Assembly: GCA_051362555.1 (NCBI GenBank)
Contig: CM120641.1
Coordinates: 744,001-808,000, forward strand
DNA from: Lingula anatina
Taxonomy: Eukaryota; Animalia; Brachiopoda
Direction: 5' to 3'
DNA length: 64,000 nucleotides
This document shows positions 1 through 12,548 of the stretch, in pieces. The notes below the pieces were generated by a model that saw nothing but the letters and a program-made list of their open reading frames with translations, made no database searches and was not told the origin of the DNA. The stretch's first letter is position 1. Each line of letters opens with the position of its first letter. The position numbers and the translations under genes are program-made.

Positions 1-180
1 TGTCTGTCATCAACATAACTCAAAAAGTTATGGACCGATTTTGCTGAAATTTTCGGGAACTGTCAGAATTGGGCCAAAGAGGACAATGATTAGTTTTTAG
101 TGGTGGTCTGGCTCAATAATCAACAATAATCAACAATTGCTGCCTTGGCAGAAGTCTGCACTCTCGGTGGTTTTCTAGTT
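1..180 (+). mobile_element. 3' end of a non-autonomous Helitron/Helentron-type element
   Basis: Has the ataactcaaaaagttatggaccgattttgctgaaattt core and ends gccttggcagaagtctgcactctc...ttttCTAGtt, a terminal pattern typical of metazoan non-autonomous rolling-circle elements. Truncated by the window start. Confidence 0.6.
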
Positions 181-284
181 TTGTTATGTTTTCCTTTACA
201 ATTTTTATGTACAGACACAGATGTGTCTGTACATATAGCCATCATCTGCGTCTGTCATCGCCGTCGTCGCCGTCGTGCACTTTT

Positions 285-900
285 ACCGATAACACGATAA
301 GTGGAACACCGTTTTTTCTTTTGGCTTGAAACTTACAGAACTGATGAATATTCGTAATACGCAGGTCAAGTTCGAAAATCAGCATGATCGGGTCACTAAT
401 AGGGAATTTATGCTGTTTTTTCGCTTTTTTCAGCATATATGCAGCACCGATAACACGATAAGTGGAAAACCGTTTTACCTTTTGGCTTGAAACTTACAGA
501 ACTGATGAATATTCCTAATACGCAGGTCAAGTTCGAAAATCAGCATGATCGGGCCATTTTTAGGGAAGTTATGCTGTTTTTTCACTTTTTTCAGCATATA
601 TGCAGCACCGATAACACGATAAGTGGAAAACCATTTTACTTTTGGCTTGAAACTTACAAAACTGATGAATATTCATAATCCGCAGGTCAAGTTCGAAAAT
701 CAGCATGATCGGGTCATTTTTAGGGAAGTTACGCTGTTTTTTCACTTTTCTCAGCATATATGCAACACCGATAACACGATAAGTGAAATAACATTTTACC
801 TTTTGACTTGAAACTAACAGAACTGATGGATATTCATAATACGCAGGTCAAGTTCGAAAATCAGCAAGATCGGGCCTTTATTTTTGAAGTTATGCTGTTT
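285..900 (+). repeat. ~161-bp tandem satellite core of the HINE (about 4 copies)
   Basis: accgataacacgataagtg recurs at 285, 446, 607 and 767. Similar arrays lie at ~1365-1970, 2366-3310, 3715-4340, 12808-13420 and 24430-24880. Confidence 0.95.
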
Positions 901-2274
901 TTTCACATTTCCTCAGATTCAATTATTAGGCATGTTAACAGTCTCATTATTTAACTAATAAGATACGTAAAAGTGTTTGTTAATTGTTAATTGATTGTGT
1001 AAAATTGATGGTAAACTTGTTATCGTGTATTGTGTAATAAAGTGTCAAAAATGGTAATAAACTCATCATTGCAGTTTGTCAGATTCAATCATCCACTATG
1101 TTCAGAATCTCAGAATGGAGGAAATTGGACATTAAACACTGTTCTATTGATATTTTCCCCATCTCATCAATTTTCTTAGTTGGTCATATAAAAATGGCAA
1201 CAAACTGTTTATTTTGTTTTATGTTTAAAAAATGTTAAAAATGGAAATAAACCCATTTCAGAACAGTGCTGTCTTGTTTACATTTTGGCATTTTTATGTA
1301 CAGACACAGATGTGTCTGTACATATAGCCATCACCTGCGTCTGTCGTCGTCGCCGTGCACTTTCACCGATAACACGATAAGTGAAAAACCGTTTTACCTT
1401 TTGGCTTGAAACTTACAGAACTGATGAATATTCATAATATGCAGGTCAAGTTCGAAAATCAGCATGATCAGGCCATTTTGATGGAAGTTATGTTGTTTTT
1501 TCCCTTTTTTCAGCATATTTATAACACCGATAACACAATAAGTGAAAAACCATTTTACCTTTTGGCTTGAAACTTACAGAACTGATGAATATTCATATTA
1601 TGCAGGTCAAGTTCGAAAATCAGCATGATCGGGCCATTTTTATGAAAGTTATGCTATTTTTTCATTTTTTTCAGCATATATGCAACACCGATAACACGAT
1701 AAGTGAAAAACCATTTTACCTTTTGGTTTGAAACTTACAGAACTGATGAATATGCATAAAACGCAGATCAAGTTCGAAAATCAGCGTGATCGGAGCAATT
1801 TTATGGAAGTTATGCTGTTTTTTCAGCATATATGCAATACCGATAACACATTTCAAGGAAAATCAATTGGCCAATTGTCTTGAAATTCACAGGGGTGATC
1901 AGTCTTACTGAAATACAGATGAAGTTAAAAAATAAGTTCGATCGGTTCAGTTTTGGTGAAGTTATGCCTTTTTTTGTATATAAGTGTTTTTTATTCAGAT
2001 TTAATTCTTAGGCATGTTAACAATCTCATTTGTGAACTAATTAAATATGTAAAGGTGTTCCTTTGACATTTTCTACATCTTAATATTGTTAGTTGATTAT
2101 ATAAAAATGATGGTAAACCTGTTATTGTGCATTGTGTTATAAAGTGTCAAAAAATGGAAATAAACTTATCTTTACAGTTTGTAAGATTCAATCATTCACC
2201 ATGTTCAGAATCTCAGAATGGAGCAAATTGGACATTTAAAATTGTTCTATTGATATTTTTCCTATGTCATCAAT

Positions 2275-5200
2275 TTTTATGTACAGACACAGATGTGTCT
2301 GTACATATAGCCATCATCTGCGTCTGTCGTCGCCGTCGCCGTCGTCGCCGTCGCCGTGCACTTTTACCGATAACACGATAAGTGGAAAACTGTTTTTTCT
2401 TTTGGCTTGAAACTTACAGAACTGATGAATATTCGTAATACGCAGGTCAAGTTCGAAAATCAGCATGATCGGGTCACTTATAGGGAACTTATGCTGTTTT
2501 TTCACTTTTTTCAGCATATATGCAGCACCGATAACACGATAAGTGGAAAATCATTTTACCTTTTGGCCTGAAACTTAAAGAACTAATGAATATTCATAAT
2601 ACGCAGGTCAAGTTCGAAAATCAGCATGATCGGGTCACTTATAGGGAATTTATGCTGTTTTTTCACTTTTTTCAGCATATATGCAGCACCGATAACACGA
2701 TAAGTGGAAAATCATTTTACCTTTTGGCTTGAAACTTACAGAACTGATGAATATTCATAATACGCAGGTCAAGTTCGAAAATCAGCATGATCGGGTCACT
2801 TATAGGGAATTTATGCTGTTTTTTCACTTTTTTCAGCATATATGCAGCACCGATAACACGATAAGTGGAAAACCATTTTACCTTTTGGCTTGAAACTTAC
2901 AAAACTGATGAATATTCATAATACGCAGGTCAAGTTCGAAAATCAGCGTGATTGGGTCATTTTTAGTGAATTTAGGCTATTTTTTCTCTTTTTTCAGCGT
3001 ATATGCAGCACCGATAACACCATAAATGGAAAACCATTTTACCTTTTGGCTTGAAACTTACAAAACTGATGAATATTCAAAATACGCAGGTCAAGTTTGA
3101 AAATCAGCATGATCGGGCCATTTTTAGGGATGTTATGCTGTTTTTTCACTTCTTTCAACATATATGCAACGCTAATAACACAATATAAGAAAAACAGATA
3201 GGCCAATTGTCATTATACTCACAGGAGTAGTCAAACTAACTAAAAAACGCAGGTTCAGTTCCAAAATCAGCATAATCGGGCCATTCTTTTAGAAGTTATG
3301 CTGTTTTTTCACATTTCCTCAGATTCAATTGTTAGGCATATTAACAGTCTCATTATTGAACTAATAAGATACGTAAAAGTGTTTGTTTGACATTTCCTGC
3401 ATCTTAATAACATTGTTAGTTGATTATGTAAAAATGATGGTAAACTTGTTATTGTGTATTATGTTATAAAGTGTCAAAAATGGAAATAAACAAATATCAT
3501 TGCAGTTTGTCAGATTCAATCATCTACTATATTCATTATCTCAGAATGGAGGAAATTGGACATTTAACACTGTTCTATTGATATTTTTCCCATCTCATCA
3601 ATTTTCTTAGTTGATCATATACAAATGGTAGAAAACTGTTTATTTTGTTTTATGTTAAAAAAGTGTTTTAAAAATGGAAGTAAACCAATTGCAGAACAGT
3701 GCTGTCTTGTTTCAGCATATATGCAGCACCGATAACACGATAAGTGGAAAACCATTTTACCTTTTCCCTTGAAACTTACAAAACTGATGAATATTCATAA
3801 TACGCAGGTCAAGTTCGAAAATCAGCATGATCGGGTCATTTTTAGGGTAGTTATGCTGTTTTTTCACTTTTTTCAGCATATATGCAGCACCGATAACACG
3901 ATAAGTGGAAAACCATTTTACCTTTTGGTTTCAAACTTACAGAACTGATGAATATTCATAATACGCAGGTCAAGTTCGAAAATCAGCATGATCGGGTCAC
4001 TTATAGGGAATTTATGCTGTTTTTTCATTTTTTTCAGCATAAATGCAACACCGATAACACGATAAGTGAAAAACCGTTTTACCTTTTGGCTTGAAACTTA
4101 CTGAAATGATGAATTTTCATAATACGCAGGTCAAGTTTGAAAATCAGCCTGATCGGGCCATTTTTATGGAAGTTATGCTGTTTTTTCACTATTTCAGCAT
4201 ATGTGCAACACTGATAACACATTTCAAGGAAAATCAATTGGCCAATCGTCTTGAAATTCACAGGGGTGATCAGATTTACTAAAATTAAGATGAGGTTCGA
4301 AAATAAGCTTGATCGGTTCAGTTTTGGTGAAATTGTGCCTTTTTTTGTATATAAGTCTTTTTTCCTCGGATTTAATTCATAGGCATGTTAAGAATCTCAT
4401 TTGTGAACTAATTAGTAATGTAAAGGTGTTCTTTTGACATTTTCTGCATCTTAACAATATTGTTAGTTGATTATATAAAAATGATGGTAAACCTGTTATT
4501 GTGCATTGTGTAATAAAGTGTCAAAAATGGAAATAAACTCATATCTTTAACAGTTTGTCAGATTCAATTATTCACCATGTTCAGAATCTCAGAATGGAAC
4601 AAATTGGACATTTATAATTTTTCTATTGATATTTTTCCTATGTCAACAACTTTCTTAGTTGATCATTTAAAAACGACAGTAAATTGATTATTTTGATATA
4701 TATATATATGTAAAAAAAAGTGTTGAAAGTGGAAAGAAATTCATTTCAGTACAGTTATCTCTTGTGTACATTTTGGCATTTTGAATTTGTGACTCTGAAC
4801 TTCCATGGCCCTGAAGACCTTTCCATATCAATTTTTCTGAATGTCCATGATACTTTTATTTCATTATTAAAAATTGATGGTCATTATGCTGTTAAGCATT
4901 ATAGTTTTTTGTTACAATTAAATTTTTCACATATGGACATTTTCAAGGTGTGACTTAGTCTTTGAACTTCCATTGGCTTGAATACCATTGCTAGTCACAT
5001 CTTTTGAATAGCTATGATACATTTACTTTATTATTAAAAATTGATGACCATTGTGCTGTTAAGCATTATGTTAAATTGCATAAAAGATGAAAAAAACCCT
5101 TTTTTGGACATCGCTGCTGGGATGACCATTAAGGAAAAACCATTTTACTTATGATATTCTAACTTACTGAAAAGTTTCATAGGACTGAAGTGTAGCTTGT

Positions 5201-6197
5201 GTTGGAAATCAGTGTGATTGTTTTCTGTTTTGGAGGCAATGCAGCTCTATGGAGTGCTATATGGGGCTACTGTTTATGGATGGTGGTAATTGTCCCTTGG
5301 GATAATCACTAGCTAAATTCAGAGCTATAAAATTACTTGCCTAATTGATTTTCAAGTGCCCATTAAATAAGATTACATAAAACACACGTTGAGATTTCCC
5401 ATTCAAGTCTTATAGGTTAAGCTCTCTTAACTGTGTCACATAATTAGGAATTGGTGATAATTATGCAGGTAAATGTTGTTTACTATTGCAAATAAGTTTA
5501 CAAAAAAAAAAATTGTGTAATGCCAACATTAATGCTATAGATGAATAACAGTGCCTTATTATCCTCAAACACATTGGGATTATTCATATCATGTTAATAC
5601 AGCAAGATTAAAAGTTTGAATAGCAGCTTTATTGGATTTTTTTTTGTTGTGTTTTCTTTTTAATTTTTTTCTAAACACAGGCATTTTCAACTCCCATCCA
5701 CCTGAAGCTCTTCAGATTTTCTGTATTTCCACATAAGCAGTTGCATAGGTTTTTATGTCTTTAAACAATATGTAATATTATTTTATGCACTGTCAACATT
5801 TTTCAAATATTGGGATTTTCATTATGTGAATTTGAACTCTCATGGTCCAGAAACTGTAATCTTATTGCAGGGGTGGATTGAGGCCATCTTCTGGGTCTTT
5901 CAGATGACGGTCAGATTTTAAAGTTTACATTGACTGGTATCAATTTTTTTCTGTTGGAAGACCATCAAAAGTGTAGGATGGATCAACAAATATAATTTGG
6001 AATACTGTCAGAAAATACCTCTGGATCTGCTCCTGTTATTGAGCATGTTACCTGTTGTGCATGATTAAAAATCAGTGTTAACTGACTGTGTTATTATAAG
6101 CATTATTTATTATTGCATCAAAATTGACAAAATGACCTATTTTGCATCTTTATTTTCTGTTTTTTGTCTGTACATTTGACAGCTTTGCTGCCTTGTT
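2275..6197 (+). mobile_element. HINE copy 3, inserted in copy 2 (~3.9 kb)
   Basis: 5' palindrome at ~2278 and 3' terminus at 6165-6197. Removing it rejoins cctatgtcatcaattt|ttagttgttcatttaaaa, seen uninterrupted at ~4637-4672. Confidence 0.8.
2366..4340 (+). repeat. ~161-bp tandem satellite arrays of HINE copy 3 (about 6 + 4 monomers)
   Basis: Near-identical monomers ...gaaacttacagaactgatgaatattcataatacgcaggtcaagttcgaaaatcagcatgatcggg..., split by one ~400-bp non-core block. Confidence 0.95.
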
Positions 6198-9100
6198 TTA
6201 GTTGTTCATTTAAAAATGACAGTAAATTGATTATTTTGTTATATGTAAAAAAAAAGTGTTGAAAGTGGAAAGAAAATCATTTCAGTACAGTCATCTCGTT
6301 TACATTTTGGCATTTTGAAGGTGTGACTCTGAACTTCCATGGCCTTGAAGACCTTTCCATGTCACATTTTCTGAATATCCATGATACTTTTATTTTATTA
6401 TTAAAAATTGATGATCATTATGTTATATTGGATAAAAGTTGAAGAAAACCCTATTTTGGACATCGCTGCCGGAATGACCATTAAGGAAAAACCATGTTGC
6501 TTATGATACTCAAACTTACTGAAAAGTTTCACTGAAGTGCAGTTTGTGTTGGAAAATCAGTGTGATTGTTTTCTGTTTTGGAAGCAATGCAGCTCTATAG
6601 AGTGATCTATGGGGCTACTGTTTATGGATGGTGGTAATTGTCCCTTGGGGTAGTCACAAGCTAATTTCAGAGCTATAAAATTACTTGCCTAATTAATTTC
6701 CAAGTGCCCATTAAATAGGATTACATAAAACACACGTTGAGATTTCCCAGTAAAGCCCCATAGGTAAAGCTCTCTTAACTGTGTCACATGATTAGGAATT
6801 GGTGATAATTAATATTATGCAGGTAAATATTGTTTAATATTGCAAATAAGTTTACAAAAGAAAAAAAAATTGTGTAACGCCAACATTAATGCTGTATTAT
6901 CCTCAAACACATTGGGGTTATTCATATCATATTAATACAGCAAGATTAAAAGTTTGAATAGCAGCTTTATTGGAATATTTTTGTTGTGTTTTTTTTTTTT
7001 TTTTTTTAATCATTTTTCAAACACTGGCATTTTCAGCTCCCATCCACCTGAAGCTCTTCACATTTTCTGTATTTCCACATAAGCAGTTGCATTGGTTTTT
7101 ATGTCTTTAAACATTATGTAATATTATTTTATGCACTGTTATCTTTTTTCGGATATTGGGATTTTCATTATGTGAATTTGAACTCTCATGGTCCTGAAAC
7201 TGTAATCTTATTGCAGGGGCGGATTGAGGCCATCTTCTGGGTCTTTCAGAAGACGGTCAGATTTTAAAGTTCACAAGGATGGGTATCTGTTTTTTCTGTT
7301 GGAAAACCATTAAAAATGGGGGATGGATCAACAAAGATGATTTGGAATACTGTCAGAAAATACCTCTGGATCTGCTCCTGTTATTGACCATGTTACCAGT
7401 TGTGCATGATTAAACTTCAATGTTGATTGACAGTGCTATTATAGGCATTATTTATTATTGCATCAAAATTGACAAAATGACCCATTTTCTGCATTTATAT
7501 TTTCTGTTTTTGTCTGTACATTTGACAGCTTTGCTGCCTTGTTAAGATGTGACTTTGAAATTTCATGAGCCTGCAGACCTTTGCTAATCACATTTTCTGA
7601 ATATTCATGATACTAATATTTTATGATTAAAAATTGATGGTCATTGTGCTGTTAAACATTATGTAATATTGCATCAAAACTTAAAGAAACCCTATTTTGG
7701 GCACTGCTCCCATGATGACCATTTAAGAAAAACCATGTCACTTACTGTTTTCAAACTTACAGGAAAGAAACATAGGGCTAAAATACAGCTTCAGTAGGCA
7801 ATGCAGTCTGTTTGGTAATTTTTTTCAGGCAGTTAAACAGTTTTTTGTGAAAATTTAATTTTTCACATATTGGCATTTTCAAGGTGTGACTTTGAAGTTC
7901 CATGAGCCTGCAGACCTTTGCTAGTCACGTTTTCTGAATGTTCATGTTACTAATATTCTATTATTAAAAATTGATGGTCATTATGCTGTTAAACATTATG
8001 TAATATTGCATCAAAATTTGAAGAAACCCCTATTTTGGGCACTGCTCCCATGATGACCATTTAAGAAAAACCATGTCACTTACTGTTTTCAAACTTACAG
8101 GAAAGAAACATGGGTCTAAAATACAGCTTCAGTAGGCAATGCAGTCTGTTTGTTAATTTTTTCTGGCAGTTAAATAGTTTTTGTGAAAATTTAATTTTTC
8201 ACTTATTGGCATTTTCAAGGTGTAACTTTGAAGTTCCATGATCCTGAAGACCTTTGCTTGTCACGTTTTCTGAATGTCCATGTTACTAATATTCTATTAT
8301 TAAAAATTGATGGTCATTATGCTATTAAGCATTATGTAATATTGCATCAAAATAGAAGAAAACACAACTTTGGTGCTGCTGCTATGATGAGCATTATGGG
8401 AAAACCGTGTTATGACTGTCAAACCTTTAAAAAAGAAACACAGGACTAAAATGCAGAATGAGTTGGAAAAGCAGTCTAATTGGCTTCTTTTTCTGGAAGT
8501 TATACATTTGAGTGAAATATTCATTATCTTTTTGGCATATTCATTGTGGGACTCGGAGCTCCCATGGACATGAAGCCGAATGGTAATCAAATTTTCTACA
8601 TGTCCATGCTATTTATTGTCATTAATCAAAGATTGGTGATAATTATTCTATTATAGGTTAAGCTCTCTTAACTGTGTCACATAATTAGGAATTGGTGATA
8701 ATTATGCAGGTAAATGTTGTTTAATATTGCAAATAAGTTTACAAAAGAAAAAAAATTGTGCAATGCCAACATTAATGCTATAGATGAATAACAGTGCCTT
8801 ATTATCCTCAAACACATTGGGATTATTCATATCATGTTAATACAGCAAGATTAAAAGTTTGAATAGCAGCTTTATTGGAATATTTTTTTTTATTTGTGTT
8901 TTCTTTTTAATTTTTTTCTAAACACTGGCATTTTCAACTCCCATCCACCTGAAGCTCTTCAGATTTTCTGTATTTCCACATAAGCAGTTGCATAGGTTTT
9001 TATGTCTTTAAACAATATGTAACATTATTTTATGCACTGTCAACATTTTTCAAATATTGGGATTTTCATTATGTGAATTTGAACTCTCATAGTCCAGAAA

Positions 9101-9445
9101 CTGTAATCTTATTGCAGGGGTGGATTGAGGCCGTCTTCTGGGTCTTTCAGATGACGGTCAGATTTTAAAGTTTACATTGACTGGTATCAATTTTTTTCTG
9201 TTGGAAGACCATCAAAAGTGGAGGATGGATCAACAAAGATACTTTGGAATACTGTCAGAAAATATCTCTTGATCTGCTCCTGTTATTGAACATGTTACCT
9301 GTTGTGCATGTTTAAAAATCAGTGTTAACTGACTGTGTTATTATAAGCATTATTTATTATTGCATCAAAATTGACAAAATGACCTATTTTGCATCTTTAT
9401 TTTCTGTTTTTTGTCTGTACATTTGACAGCTTTGCTGCCTTGTTT

Positions 9446-10260
9446 CTCAAACACTTGCATTTGTGACTTTTAACTCTCATCCGCTCGAGGCTCTGCACAT
9501 TTTCTGTATTTCCACATAAGCAATTGTATTGTTTTTTATGACTTTAAACATTATATAAAATTATTTTATGCACTGTCATCATTTTTCAAATATTGAGACT
9601 TTCATCATGTGACTATAGTCTCTCATGGTCCTGAAACTGTAATCTTATTGAAGGGGTGGATTGAGACCATCTTCTGGGTCTTCTTGAATCCAGGTTATTG
9701 AGTTTATATTGACTGGTATCTATTTTTTTCTGTTGGAAGACCATCAAAATGGAGGATGGATCAACATAGATACTTTGGAATACTGTCAGAAAATATCTCA
9801 GGGTCCGCTCCTGTTATTGACCATGTTACCTGTTGTGCATGATTAAAATTCAGTGTTGACTGACAGTGCTATTATAAGCATTATTTATTATTGCATCAAA
9901 ATTGACAAAATGACCTTTTTTTTGCATTTTTATTTTCTGTTTTTTGTCTGTACATTTGACAGCTTTGCTGCATTGTTTTAGCATATATGCAACGCTGATA
10001 ACACATTTCTAGGAAAACTGATAGGCCTATTGTCTTGAATCTCACAGGAGTGATCAGTCTTACTGAAATACAGGTCAAGTTGGAAAATGGGACCATTCTT
10101 AGAAAAGTTATGCAGTTTTTTTCCCTTTTTTCAGCAAATATGCAACACTGATAACACATTCAAGGAAAACCGATCAACCTACTATCTTGAAACTCACAGG
10201 AATGATTAATCTTACTATAATACTGGTTGAGTTGGAAAATCAGCTTGATTGAGTGTTTGT
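9446..10260 (+). mobile_element. More diverged HINE fragments, including a further 3' terminus near 9945-9977
   Basis: Diverged copy of the HINE 3' block ending tgtctgtacatttgacagctttgctgcattgtt, followed by two degenerate 161-bp monomers. Confidence 0.7.
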
Positions 10261-10319
10261 TTTGAGTGTTTTTTCTCAGAGCACAATGTCACAATATTCA
10301 GTGGTGAAAACAAGATGTG

Positions 10320-10670
10320 AACTAACTCCAAAATTAGCAGAGATTCACCCATAGTTATTATTGAACTTCAATAGGAAGTAATATACTGGCAATCTAACTG
10401 TGACCTTGAATTTGACCTTTTACCTACATTTTGCCATAAACTGCACTTCACAAATTTGGATTTTAACTTAAATTTTTTTTCCATGATTTTGTTTTAAATT
10501 GTAATTTTCAATGAAAATATTGAGAACTTGTTTACTACATTTTGTAGAGCTTGTCAAACACAGCATTGGTGGTGGTGGTGTCCCTTTTTTTGGTTTTCCA
10601 TACGAATGCGTTTACTCCTGCTGGTGGTACAATATCCGCAGGCAGTATCGCCTCACTGATCCTCTAGTTT
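10320..10670 (+). mobile_element. Second non-autonomous Helitron/Helentron-like family, 3' part
   Basis: Contains the ~150-bp unit (ctccaaaa..agcagagat...aataggaagt.atatactggcaatctaactgtgacc) and ends ...tgatcctCTAGttttt. A paralog lies at 11210-11543 and continues at 26379-26565. Confidence 0.55.
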
Positions 10671-11064
10671 TTAACTGAGACTTTGTGCAGTTAGCAATTT
10701 TTTGGTGGATAACTGATAAATTTGGTGACAGGTGCTTCTCTAAATTGTCAATTTTTTTCCTAGTAAATGTTTTAAGGTACTAATATGATGATTATAAAAC
10801 ACAAGCTAAAATATTATCATAGACTTAGCTTATGCCCAACTTGGACATAGGCCTTCATCAGACAGATGTGAGTAGATGCTCAGTTATGAGGTACTGATTC
10901 CTATATCTAATGCAGACAATAAGGACACTCCTTAGAATTCTCATTCCTTTCAAATCCTTGGAATTCTCTTCCATATTTCAGCACATGTTTCTGAATAGTA
11001 ACTTTTTTTCCAAAGTGGAAGTTAGTGTCACAGTATGTTAACTGATATTTTATTTTCATTCTAG

Positions 11065-11117
11065 GACAGGAATCGGAGGGATGGTCAAGAGTTGGGAAGA
11101 GAGAAGAATTACAGGAG
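11065..11117 (+). CDS. Putative internal exon of the upstream receptor paralog (cytoplasmic tail, xQESEGWSRVGKREELQE)
   Basis: Acceptor ttttattttcattctag, donor GAG|gtattt. Purine-rich unique island among repeats. Splices in frame to 26618, giving EELQEPLMEG... Confidence 0.5.
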
Positions 11118-11209
11118 GTATTTGTTATTGTGACCACTTAGAACATTCTTTTAACTTTTCTATTGTGTTTCTATCTTGTTTTTTTTTTTTTTTTTTTTTT
11201 TATCCATCA

Positions 11210-11543
11210 TGAACTGAACTTTGCAATGTTTCAGTCCTCATATCTCCAAAACTGGCAGAGATACGCTGAAAGTTACTAATTGAACTTGAATAGGAAGTCA
11301 TATACTGACAATCTAACTGTGACCTTAAAATTGAGCTTAGACCTACTATTTATCATGAACTGAACTTAACAACTTTTTTATCCAATATATCTCCAAAACT
11401 AGCAGAGATATGCCCAGAGTTACTACTGAACTTGAATAGAATGTCATATACTGGCAATCTAACTGTGATCATGTATTTGACCTTTACTTACTTTTTGCCA
11501 TGACCCACACTTCACAAATTTGGATTTAAACTTTTACTTTTCC
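11210..11543 (+). mobile_element. Second Helitron/Helentron-like family copy, interrupted at 11544 and resuming at 26379-26565
   Basis: Two ~150-bp units. Joining 11543 to 26385 restores the sequence seen at 10430-10670. Confidence 0.65.
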
Positions 11544-12548
11544 CAGTCTGCGACGTTAAGCACTAGCCCGAGGCAATTGCCCACCTAAAGTGGCACCGGC
11601 CTAGTAAAAAAGTTGAAATTTTATAAAGCACTAGCCCGAACGGGCTAGTTGTAATTTTGAACCTATTTTAACACTCAGTAACATTTCAAAAATATAAGTC
11701 GCCAGTCTTCTTTGTCCCTGCCTCTAATTTGACGTTTCTAGATAGTATAATATGCTTCTCAGTTGAAAAAACTCACACATAGCTCTAACTATTGAATATT
11801 GATTAGTTGCTATAAATAACTTTACTATAGTTATTTATAGCAGCAGTCTGTCTGATCAGTGTGTAGGCATCTTTTTATTCGACCAGTTTGTTGTCATGAC
11901 TACAAATTGCTGTCAATCAAGAAACTGGATCAGACCGGAATTCCTTGGTACTAGCAACAGGTTTTGTCAAAACAACACTGTCTCCGAAGCAAGTGTAATG
12001 TATGCATTATTTCATAGCACATTTAGGTTAGGACCACTTAGCAGACTGAGGGGTGGAGTATTCCATTTCCTTTTTTGTTTATATTTTTTATTTATAATTT
12101 TAATATCCACGAATAAATACATTTTCCTTTGCATATTGCCTTTTAAAAACAATAAGACCCTGGCAGTTACATAAATACCCTATGAACTATTCTTGACAAT
12201 GTGGGATAGTTCGGTTTATGTCATGGCTACCCCTCCACACTTTGTCCTGGTAAAGTCCTTGAAAAGTTGTTTTTACAAATATATAACTAAAAGAATTGTA
12301 ACCAAAAAAATGTAAGATGTTTGTTTAATTACCCTTACAGCACCTATGTATTTTAAATTAGAAGTAGCATTATATACCGATGTAATTGGAAATAAATTGT
12401 CAGAAAAGAGCCGTTGTCAATAAAAAGAATAGGAATTAAAAAAAAAAAACGATTTTGATTGCATATAATAAATGGAAAAAAAAAGGCATTATAAAAATAT
12501 AAAAAGTAAGGATAACTATATTCAGTTTTACAAATTTAAAAAAAGAAT

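Larger units (their letters stand above)
1293..7543 (+). mobile_element. HINE copy 2, inserted in copy 1
   Basis: Same 5' palindrome at ~1295 and 3' terminus at 7510-7543. Removing it rejoins cattttggcattt|aagatgtgactttgaa, seen uninterrupted at ~13828-13858. Confidence 0.8.
203..9445 (+). mobile_element. HINE copy 1 (outermost), interrupted by copies 2 and 3
   Basis: 5' T-run, palindrome tatgtacagacaca-ga-tgtgtctgtacata (206-235), (cgt/cgc)n microsatellite, 161-bp tandem core. 3' end tgtctgtacatttgacagctttgctgccttgtt (subTIR + cagc-ttt-gctg hairpin) near 9412-9445. No TSD. Pairing with this particular 3' end is inferred; there is an internal jump near 8650. Confidence 0.7.

Noticed and set aside
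285-4340. Regularly spaced repeats as a CRISPR array
   Set aside because: Whole 161-bp units repeat with no unique spacers, there are no cas genes, and the context is eukaryotic with HINE termini.
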